Source: Candidatus Bathyarchaeia archaeon
GTDB lineage: Archaea > Thermoproteota > Bathyarchaeia > Bathyarchaeales > Bathycorpusculaceae
Length of the DNA: 11,951 nt
Assembly: GCA_038882955.1 (NCBI GenBank)
Contig: JAVZNC010000011.1
Span: 1 to 11,951, forward strand
Direction: 5' to 3'
Of the stretch, positions 1 through 6,581 are shown one piece after another. The notes beneath the pieces are model-generated. The model saw only the letters and a list, made by a program, of their open reading frames with translations. It was not told the DNA's origin and searched no databases. A program made the position numbers and the translations under genes. Each line of letters starts with the position of its first letter. Positions within the stretch are counted from its first letter, which is position 1.

Positions 1-539
1 TTTATGCTTCTAAAAACATTTTCCGGCTCAACGCTGTGATGAAGCATCAACGTTGAAAATGCAGCGTCAAACTCTCGTGGAATTTTGAAGAATTTTCGCG
101 CTTCGTTTATGCTGTCCTTGATGTTTTCGGCTATGCCAATGAACGGAACTATTCCAACATTCCTCTTTTCCAAAGCGGCAAGCATGGCTGGAGTTGCATC
201 CAAAGCATAAAACTGAACTTTCGGCAGTTCTTCATGGATTCGTCTACAAATAGCAGCTGTAAAGAAGCCTGTGCCAGCGCCAACATCTAAAACGTTGGCG
301 TTCGATGGAATACGTGGTTGGGCGAGCAAAAACTTGCAGATAATATCAGTTAGGCGGTTTATTCCGTCCTTTCCGAAATAGTTCAGGACAATTTTGTCTC
401 TGCTTTTCGCCTCTTTTATTGTAAAATACTTGACGGCTTTCGCTAACGATTCTGGGTTTGGAGCATTGAGTTGCCTAAACAGATGTTCAAGATTTAGCTT
501 TTCAATGTAATTTTCAAAGGTGTCCCCTTTGGCGGGCAT
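1..539 (-). CDS. Class I SAM-dependent methyltransferase, 3' end runs off the window (absent from the ORF track)
   Basis: Translated by hand from ATG at 539: MPAKGDTFENYIEKLNLEHLFRQL...NVLDVGAGTGFFT...FYALDATPAML...FDAAFSTLMLHH. Open to position 1. Motif I (LDVGAGTG), the acidic end of beta-2 (ALD) and an FDxxFS motif are present. Starts 20 nt after the arsM stop. Confidence 0.9.
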   Translation of the reverse strand, partial: MPAKGDTFENYIEKLNLEHLFRQLNAPNPESLAKAVKYFTIKEAKSRDKIVLNYFGKDGINRLTDIICKFLLAQPRIPSNANVLDVGAGTGFFTAAICRRIHEELPKVQFYALDATPAMLAALEKRNVGIVPFIGIAENIKDSINEARKFFKIPREFDAAFSTLMLHHSVEPENVFRSI

Positions 540-559
540 GTTATTAGCATAGTTTTTGT

Positions 560-1309
560 TTATTTTGATGGTTTAACCCCGCAAATTGTTATAGTTACAA
601 CCCTAAGCTTTTCAGCTGCTGGATTATCCAGTATGCTTTCAAGTGGAAAAACTGTTTCCTCAAGAACCTTTATCTCGCGGAAGCCCGCTTGCTCAATTAG
701 GCTTACGTATTTTTCCTTATTTATTGCTCCAGAAACACAGCTCACATATGCGTTTGCATCCTCTTTTATGGCGGGCGGAAGTTCATCCAAAAGTACAATA
801 TCCGAAATTATCAGTCGTCCACCAGGCTTTAGAGCTCTGAAGGCTTCTTCGAAAACTCGCTTTTTGTTTGGCGAGAGATTGATTACGCAGTTTGAAATGA
901 TAACGTCGACGCTGCAGTCAGCAACTGGAAGGTTCTCTATTTCACCGAGTCTAAACTCCGCGTTTCTATAGCCGCTTTTCCTCGCGTTTTCCCTAGCCCT
1001 ATAAACCATTTCGGGGGTCATGTCAACGCCGATTACTCTGCCAGTATCTCCAACTTTTTTGGCTGCGAGAAAACAGTCAAACCCAAAGCCAGAGCCAAGG
1101 TCAAGGACGGTTTCGCCCTCCTTCAGGGATGAAAATGCGACTGGACTTCCACAGCCAAGGCTCAAAATGTCCTCTTGAATAGTTTTTTCGGCGTCAAAAT
1201 CCGCACAAGTTTTGCAGCACCCAACACCTTGATCACAGCAGCTCTTTCGTTCTTTTGCTATTTTGGCATAGCCTTTTCTTACAATCTTCCTCACTTTTTC
1301 TTCCTTCAA
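560..1309 (-). CDS. arsM: Arsenite S-adenosylmethionine methyltransferase
   Basis: Contains ArsM signature motifs LGCGSP, VLDLGSGFGFDCFLAA, GVDMTPEM, DVIISNCVINL and SCVSGA, plus N-terminal SCC/GCC. TTG start with a GGTGG SD-like sequence upstream. Confidence 0.93.
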   Translation of the reverse strand: MKEEKVRKIVRKGYAKIAKERKSCCDQGVGCCKTCADFDAEKTIQEDILSLGCGSPVAFSSLKEGETVLDLGSGFGFDCFLAAKKVGDTGRVIGVDMTPEMVYRARENARKSGYRNAEFRLGEIENLPVADCSVDVIISNCVINLSPNKKRVFEEAFRALKPGGRLIISDIVLLDELPPAIKEDANAYVSCVSGAINKEKYVSLIEQAGFREIKVLEETVFPLESILDNPAAEKLRVVTITICGVKPSK

Positions 1310-1323
1310 ACATCAGCCACCTT

Positions 1324-1560
1324 CTACTCGAAAATTTCCTTAATTACGGGTCCGAAGTATTCTTTAACCGATTTTCCAAGTTCTTCAGCCTTAACCATAA
1401 TCATGCAACATAGAGTTTCGTCGCGTTCACAGCAAATTATAGCCAGCTTGTCGTTTGGCTTTAGGCGTGCTTTTTCCCTTAAATCTTTTGGAAGTACAAT
1501 CTGCCCCTTCGAATCAACAGTCACTATAGCATCAACTCTGCAGCATTCTTTTCCAGACAT
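1324..1560 (-). CDS. AbrB/MazE/SpoVT-fold DNA-binding protein with three Cys-Cys pairs (resembles the HgcAB-associated HgcC-type family)
   Basis: VTVDSKGQIVLPKDLREKARLKPNDKL is an AbrB swapped-hairpin signature. CC pairs lie at residues 6-7, 43-44 and 51-52. First gene of the arsM run, 14 nt before arsM. The HgcC assignment is from memory of the family, not a search. Confidence 0.82.
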   Translation of the reverse strand: MSGKECCRVDAIVTVDSKGQIVLPKDLREKARLKPNDKLAIICCERDETLCCMIMVKAEELGKSVKEYFGPVIKEIFE

Positions 1561-1593
1561 TTGACATCGTAATGCAATATACGCGTTCGCTTC

Positions 1594-1606
1594 ATTTAAA
1601 TTTTCC
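1594..1606 (-). promoter_or_regulatory. Putative BRE/TATA promoter of the AbrB-arsM-methyltransferase operon
   Basis: Minus strand reads GGAAAA-TTTAAAT, a purine-rich BRE followed by a TATA box about 35-40 nt upstream of the ATG at 1560. Confidence 0.6.
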
Positions 1607-1638
1607 GATAATTCAGAATATTCCGATAATGCTGAAAA
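1603..1638. repeat. Four imperfect tandem 9-bp units, candidate operator
   Basis: TTCCGATAA (1603-1611), TTCAGAATA (1612-1620), TTCCGATAA (1621-1629), TGCTGAAAA (1630-1638). Units 1 and 3 are identical. The array overlaps the putative BRE. Confidence 0.65.
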
Positions 1639-1653
1639 GAGTTTTTTGTTATA

Positions 1654-1727
1654 AGCCTCGGGCGGGCTTTGAACCCGCGACCTGCGGTTTACGAGACCGC
1701 CGCTCTACCAGGCTGAGCTACCGAGGC
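1654..1727 (-). tRNA. tRNA-Thr(CGT), no intron, CCA not encoded
   Basis: Folded by hand: acceptor GCCTCGG/CCGAGGC, D arm GCTC/GAGC, anticodon arm GCGGT-CTCGTAA-ACCGC, T arm GCGGG-TTCAAAG-CCCGC, discriminator T. Confidence 0.97.
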
Positions 1728-1800
1728 TTGCGTGTTCTTTAAATATGTGATTGAAAGCCTATTTTTAAGATGTTCGGAAAGGTTTGGGAGTGAAGCTGTC

Positions 1801-2583
1801 ATGCGCGACGCGGGTTTGTTGGATTGCATTTTGGAGAGGGCTTCTGTTAGGAATTTTGAAAAGAATAAAAGCGTTTCAAATGAGGCTCTAGAGAAGATTT
1901 TGACTGCTGGGATAAGGGCGCCTTCTGCTGGAAACATACAGCCAAGAACCTTCATTGTCGTAACTGACGCAGCTATTAAGGAGAAGCTGTATGAGCTGTG
2001 CGAAAATCAAGCGTTTATGAACGATGCACCCGTTTGGATTGTCGTTTGCCTCGACCTTCATAGGCATATCAAAGCTGCTAAACTTACTGGTGTGGATTAT
2101 GATTTTACTGGAATTTTGCCCTACACTTTCGGAGTTTTGGACGCTGCGCTGTCCCTTGAAAACATGGTTATAGCTGCTGAAGCCTTGGGTTTGGGCAGCG
2201 TCATAATAGGCTCTGTTATAGAACATCCGGAAAAAGTGAAGGAAATTTTGAAGCTTCCGGAACATTGTTTGGCTTTGTCAATTCTATGTGTTGGATATCC
2301 GAAAAGTAAGCCCATTAGGAGGGAGAAATGGGATTATAACGCCATCGTTTGCAAAAATCACTACAAGGACATAAGCCTAGAGCATGTCCTGGAATACTGG
2401 AGAAAAACGGTCATAAATGGCTTAAGTCGAAGCGGAAAAAAACCAACAAAGGAAGAAGTTGAAAAGATATGCAGAGAAAGAAACTACGGAACTGCCTATG
2501 CCAACCATTACAAAGAGGATTTTATAAAGGCTACAAACGAGAAGCTCATGAACTTTCTTAAGGGGCAGCGCCTGCTAAAATAG
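1801..2583 (+). CDS. Nitroreductase family flavoprotein (NfsA/FRP-like)
   Basis: Motifs RASVRNF, RAPSAGNIQP and DAALSLENMVIAAEALGLGSVIIG. The ATG at 1801, preceded by GGAGTGA, is preferred over the ORF-track start at 1732, which abuts the tRNA. Confidence 0.9.
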   Translation: MRDAGLLDCILERASVRNFEKNKSVSNEALEKILTAGIRAPSAGNIQPRTFIVVTDAAIKEKLYELCENQAFMNDAPVWIVVCLDLHRHIKAAKLTGVDYDFTGILPYTFGVLDAALSLENMVIAAEALGLGSVIIGSVIEHPEKVKEILKLPEHCLALSILCVGYPKSKPIRREKWDYNAIVCKNHYKDISLEHVLEYWRKTVINGLSRSGKKPTKEEVEKICRERNYGTAYANHYKEDFIKATNEKLMNFLKGQRLLK

Positions 2584-2629
2584 GATTGAGCTTTTAAGGC
2601 GCATTTATCCTCTTACTTACCTGAAAAGG

Positions 2630-3628
2630 GTGCAGATTTTGAAAACTTTAAAAGCGATTGGAGAAAGGAAGGCAATTGAACTAATTCTAAAAAAGTTAAG
2701 TAAAATGCCGAAGATGCCGATTCCCTTCGGAGACGACGCTTCCGCCTATCCAATAGACGCCAACAAACTTGCCATTTTGAAGACAGACATGCTTGTTGAC
2801 AAAACAGATGTTCCAAAAGGCATGAGCCTTTGGCAAGCAGCACGAAAAGCCGTCGTCATGAACATCAGTGATTTTGCCGCGAAAGGCGTTAAACCGCTAG
2901 TAGTTCTCGTTTCCTTGGGGCTACCAAGGAAACTGACAGCGAAGGACATAGAAGAAGTTGGAGCTGGGCTAAACGCTGGAGCTCGCGAATATGGCGCCTA
3001 CATTATTGGTGGCGATACAAATGAGGCTTCAGATATTGTCATTAGCATTTCACTTTTTGGAACAGCAAAAAGAGCAGAAGTCATGTTGCGGGACGGAGCA
3101 AAACCAGGAGATATTGTGGCTACAACTGGCTTTTTCGGCAAAACAGCAGCTGGAATGAAGGTTCTTCTTGAAGATTTTGAAGCGCCCAAAGAAATTCTTC
3201 ATGTTCTTGTTGATTCTGTTCTTATGCCCAAAGCAAGATTGAAAGAGGGACTAAGCCTATGCCAAACAGAAGCCGTTACGGCTTCCATCGATTCAAGTGA
3301 TGGTCTAGCATGGAGTCTTCATGAACTTTCAAGGGCAAGTAAAGTTGGCTTCTTGATTGACAAGCTTCCAATAGCCGAGGAGGCTGAAAGGTTTGCTGAA
3401 ATCCACAAACTTGACTCGCTTGAGTTGGCGCTTTACGGAGGAGAGGAATACGAACTTGTCTTAACTTTAAAGCCTAAAATGTGGAAGAAAGCTGAAACAG
3501 CTGTTAAGAGAGTTGGCGGAAGACTTTTGCCCATCGGGAAAGTTACTGCTGAGAGGCGAATCCTTTTGGAGGCTGATGGAGAAAAAAGAGTTATTGAGCC
3601 GCGCGGTTGGGAGCACTTCAAACGGTAA
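2630..3628 (+). CDS. thiL: Thiamine-monophosphate kinase
   Basis: Motifs GDDA, KTDMLV, NISDFAAKG, IIGGDTN, IDSSDGL and GGEEYELV, with a C-terminal GWEHF. Exact start uncertain (GTG 2630 or TTG 2639). Confidence 0.95.
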   Translation: MQILKTLKAIGERKAIELILKKLSKMPKMPIPFGDDASAYPIDANKLAILKTDMLVDKTDVPKGMSLWQAARKAVVMNISDFAAKGVKPLVVLVSLGLPRKLTAKDIEEVGAGLNAGAREYGAYIIGGDTNEASDIVISISLFGTAKRAEVMLRDGAKPGDIVATTGFFGKTAAGMKVLLEDFEAPKEILHVLVDSVLMPKARLKEGLSLCQTEAVTASIDSSDGLAWSLHELSRASKVGFLIDKLPIAEEAERFAEIHKLDSLELALYGGEEYELVLTLKPKMWKKAETAVKRVGGRLLPIGKVTAERRILLEADGEKRVIEPRGWEHFKR

Positions 3629-3658
3629 TGTTAATTTTGAGGTGAACGCCATCATCTT

Positions 3659-4723
3659 TTGGTGTTAATGCTTCGCTTTACTGATTGTCCAACAGTTCAG
3701 AAAGCTTTGTTCTATGAAAAAGTTTCAAATGCTAAAGTTAGATGCACGCTTTGCGAGCGAAGATGCGAAATTCCGCTTGGGAATAAGGGATTCTGCAAGA
3801 CAAGAGTTAACATAGACGGCGATTTGTACACGCTTGTTTACGGCGACGTAAGCGCCATAGAAAGCCGCCCAATAGAAATAAAGCCCTTCTTCCACTATTG
3901 GCCTGGTTCAACAGCGCTCACTTTTTCAACATGGTCGTGCAACCTAAACTGCGTTTGGTGCCAAAACTTCCACTTATCAAAAAGCGAACCAAAACCAAAC
4001 GCGGCTGTCTTCTATTCTCCAGAGAAGATTGTGGACTTGGCTTTGCATGGCGGCGATGCTGGTTTATGTGCAAGTTTTCAGGAGCCGACATTATTGTCTG
4101 AATGGGCTATTGAACTGTTTAAGTTGGGTAAGGAAAGTGGCATAAAATATTGTTGTTATGTTTCTAATGGCTACATGACCTTAGACGTTCTTAAGGCGCT
4201 TTTTGAGGCGGGGTTGGATGGACTCAAAATCGACGTGAAAGGCAATAGTGATGTTTACAAGAAATATTGTGGAGGCGCCGACGTAGAGAAAATTTGGAGA
4301 AACGCCAGAGAAGCGCGGAAGATGGGCTTGCACGTGGAAATTGTGAATTTAGTTGTTAGAGGCGTCAACGATGATGAAGAAGCTCTTCGCTGGGTTATTG
4401 AAAGACACTTAAAGGAAGTTGGCGCAGACACGCCATTACATTTTACGCGTTATTTTCCAGCTTACAAGTTTGGTAATCCGCCAACAAACATCAAAACTTT
4501 GGAGAACGCGTATGAAATGGCAAAGAAAAATGGTGCTCTCTACCCATACATTGGAAACGTTTCTGGACACAGATACGAGAATACTTACTGTCCAAACTGT
4601 GGAGAGAAACTGATTCAGCGGTATGGCTACTACGTTTTAAAGTACTCCATTACAAAGGAAAAGAAGTGTCCAAAATGCGGCTTGGAGATTCCGATTAGAG
4701 GCGAATATTCGCCTTCAAGGTGA
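3659..4723 (+). CDS. amrS: AmmeMemoRadiSam-system-type radical SAM enzyme (PFL-activase-like)
   Basis: CNLNCVWC radical SAM motif, N-terminal CTLCERRC...GFCKTR, PIEIKPFFHY, PLHFTRYFP, YIGNV and C-terminal CPNC/CPKC. SD GAGGTGA at about 3639-3645. Start may be 3659, 3662 or 3668. Confidence 0.88.
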   Translation: MVLMLRFTDCPTVQKALFYEKVSNAKVRCTLCERRCEIPLGNKGFCKTRVNIDGDLYTLVYGDVSAIESRPIEIKPFFHYWPGSTALTFSTWSCNLNCVWCQNFHLSKSEPKPNAAVFYSPEKIVDLALHGGDAGLCASFQEPTLLSEWAIELFKLGKESGIKYCCYVSNGYMTLDVLKALFEAGLDGLKIDVKGNSDVYKKYCGGADVEKIWRNAREARKMGLHVEIVNLVVRGVNDDEEALRWVIERHLKEVGADTPLHFTRYFPAYKFGNPPTNIKTLENAYEMAKKNGALYPYIGNVSGHRYENTYCPNCGEKLIQRYGYYVLKYSITKEKKCPKCGLEIPIRGEYSPSR

Positions 4724-6001
4724 ACGTTTAAGCGTTTCCTTAAGCGTCAAATAAAGTGATGCGCTTAACGTCCTACCAGCAAACGAAACCATGTAAACAA
4801 TTTGCAGTCCGAGAACCAGTCCGAATATGCTTACCATGTAATCAGATAGGTAGCCACCTATCAAAGAGCCAAAGAAGGAAGTGACACCAACAACAAAATT
4901 GAATGTTGCCGCGAAGCTTCCCCGATGCTCTTCTGGAGCCACATCAAGCAGGTAAGCGGTCATCGATGCTTGCCCAAAAGCGTTCGAAATTCCCCAAAAG
5001 GTGCCTATTGCTATCAGCGTGCTCATGTTCGGCGCAAAAGCATAAGCCAACGGAACTGTTAATAGACTAAATCTGAAGAAAACAATAAGCGGCTTTCTTC
5101 CAATTCTATCTGCAAGCCTTCCAGCCCACCCTTGAAAAATTATCGTGGTAAGAGCTTGTAAAACCGTGAATATGGCTATATCCAGCATGGATGCATTCAA
5201 AACATTAATCTGCGTAATCGCCATAAGCGGCCAACAAATCGACATGAAAAATTGGAATATCCCTTCAACACAGCAATACCTCACGAACTCTGGCGATTTC
5301 TTCGCATAAGCAAACACTTTAAAAATGTCATAAACAAGGTTTTCTTTCAAGTTTATTCTCCCAGCATTTTTAGCTTCTTTCACGCTGGCCATAGCAACAG
5401 ATGACATTATGCCACAGACCGAAGCAATTATCAGTGGTATGAAAAACATTTCACGCGGTTGAACGCCCATATTAATCATTATCACCCCAGAAATTAATGT
5501 GGCAACCAGGCTTCCGGTAGTTGCCCACAAGTTTATGTTTGCATTCACCCTGCCAAGCCTCAACGATGGAACAATGTCGCCGATGAGGGCGGTCCACGCT
5601 GGCGTTATCATAGACCCTAAAAGCGCTTGGATGGCGAGCAGAATGATTAGTTGAGTAGCATTCGCCACAAACATCATTGGTATCCATAATATTGCGACGA
5701 TTAGGCTTCCAATGACTATGAAGGGTATTCTGCGCTTCAGTTTGTCGCTTAGCATTCCCCAAAAAACTTGCATAACATTGTTTGAGATGTTGGCGGATGA
5801 TTGAAACCACCCCATGTCAGACGAAGAAGCACCGAGCTTTACGGCATAGGCGCCAGTGAAAGGACTAACCATACCAGTTCCAAAAGAATAAATTGTCGAA
5901 CGCACGTAGAGCGGAGTTAAGCTCTTTCCGCCCTTTTCACCTTCACTAGCAACCTTATTAACCATATTAGTTTCACATTGCTTGTCTTTTGAATTTTCCA
6001 C
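4715..6001 (-). CDS. Major facilitator superfamily transporter
   Basis: About 12 hydrophobic segments. MFS motif A appears in both halves (GMLSDKLKRR and GRLADRIGRK). Overlaps the convergent amrS by 9 nt. Start may be ATG at 5965. Confidence 0.92.
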   Translation of the reverse strand: MENSKDKQCETNMVNKVASEGEKGGKSLTPLYVRSTIYSFGTGMVSPFTGAYAVKLGASSSDMGWFQSSANISNNVMQVFWGMLSDKLKRRIPFIVIGSLIVAILWIPMMFVANATQLIILLAIQALLGSMITPAWTALIGDIVPSLRLGRVNANINLWATTGSLVATLISGVIMINMGVQPREMFFIPLIIASVCGIMSSVAMASVKEAKNAGRINLKENLVYDIFKVFAYAKKSPEFVRYCCVEGIFQFFMSICWPLMAITQINVLNASMLDIAIFTVLQALTTIIFQGWAGRLADRIGRKPLIVFFRFSLLTVPLAYAFAPNMSTLIAIGTFWGISNAFGQASMTAYLLDVAPEEHRGSFAATFNFVVGVTSFFGSLIGGYLSDYMVSIFGLVLGLQIVYMVSFAGRTLSASLYLTLKETLKRSP

Positions 6002-6077
6002 CTAAATGCTAGGATGCTTAAAAACTAATCGCGCGTTTAACAGTTAAATCTTTCATTCTTGAAGCTTGCTCTCACGT

Positions 6078-6116
6078 CAACTTCGCTTTTAGAATTATTA
6101 TTCCAACTTTGCTTTT
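6078..6116. repeat. 13-bp direct repeat upstream of the MFS gene
   Basis: CAACTTCGCTTTT (6078-6090) and CAACTTTGCTTTT (6104-6116), one mismatch, 26-bp period. Confidence 0.5.
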
Positions 6117-6147
6117 GATGTTAGAAATTGCGGTTTTTGATAGAAAA

Positions 6148-6167
6148 TTTATATAAAAGTGGTTTTG
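6148..6167 (-). promoter_or_regulatory. Strong TATA-like element
   Basis: Minus strand reads CAAAACCAC-TTTTATATAAA. The core TTTATATAAA (6148-6157) is palindromic. Confidence 0.45.
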
Positions 6168-6195
6168 ATTTTATTTCAAACTCGTTTCGGAACCC

Positions 6196-6215
6196 AAATT
6201 TTCGGGCGAAAATTT
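6196..6215. repeat. Perfect inverted repeat at the stop of the small hypothetical gene (terminator hairpin or protein-binding site)
   Basis: AAATTTTCG-GG-CGAAAATTT, 9-bp arms. Confidence 0.5.
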
Positions 6216-6508
6216 CACTTTCTCGTTTGCTTTTTCTTACGTTTCTTAACAACAGTTACGGTATTCTCATGGTTCAAGTGCCGAATCTTCGCGTCTGGAA
6301 AAATCCTTTGTATCTCCTTACGAAGCCTTGCGATGTCAACTTCCCCGTAAGTTTTCACATCAATAACCGGCGTATCTTCCTCGTAGCTTACCGAGACGGT
6401 ATATCCAGAACCAACCTCAACCTGCGCTGGCTCCAGCTCGAATCCAATTTCCTCTTCGCCGACTTTGATGTAAGCTTCTGCTTCATGTTTCTGTTTTCTT
6501 TCAGCCAT
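6215..6508 (-). CDS. Small hypothetical protein with an acidic beta-rich body and a very basic C-terminal tail
   Basis: ORF 6215-6541, with ATG at 6508 (MAERKQK...) the likeliest start. Natural protein-like composition, co-oriented downstream of TIP49, ends in KKRKKKQTRK. Confidence 0.7.
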   Translation of the reverse strand: MAERKQKHEAEAYIKVGEEEIGFELEPAQVEVGSGYTVSVSYEEDTPVIDVKTYGEVDIARLRKEIQRIFPDAKIRHLNHENTVTVVKKRKKKQTRK

Positions 6509-6581
6509 GTGAACCACAACTTTAGAAAATAAGCGCTGCAAATTAAAAGGCTTGTTATATAGAAATATGGATTGAAATTCC

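Noticed and set aside
633-1564. Plus-strand ORFs 633-971, 643-840 and 1175-1564
   Set aside because: Antisense shadows of arsM and the AbrB-fold gene, with no recognisable motifs.
1732-1800. N-terminal extension of the nitroreductase from GTG 1732
   Set aside because: It starts 4 nt from the divergent tRNA and covers the promoter region. ATG 1801 has a good SD.
1689-3655. Minus-strand short ORFs (1689-1955, 1888-2265, 2121-2315, 2613-2843, 2746-2949, 2998-3189, 3433-3621, 3467-3655)
   Set aside because: They overlap the tRNA, nitroreductase or thiL on the opposite strand or frame and look like shadow ORFs.
3898-5810. Alternative-frame ORFs 3898-4101, 4419-4613 and 5472-5810
   Set aside because: Nested out of frame inside amrS or the MFS gene, with no independent support.
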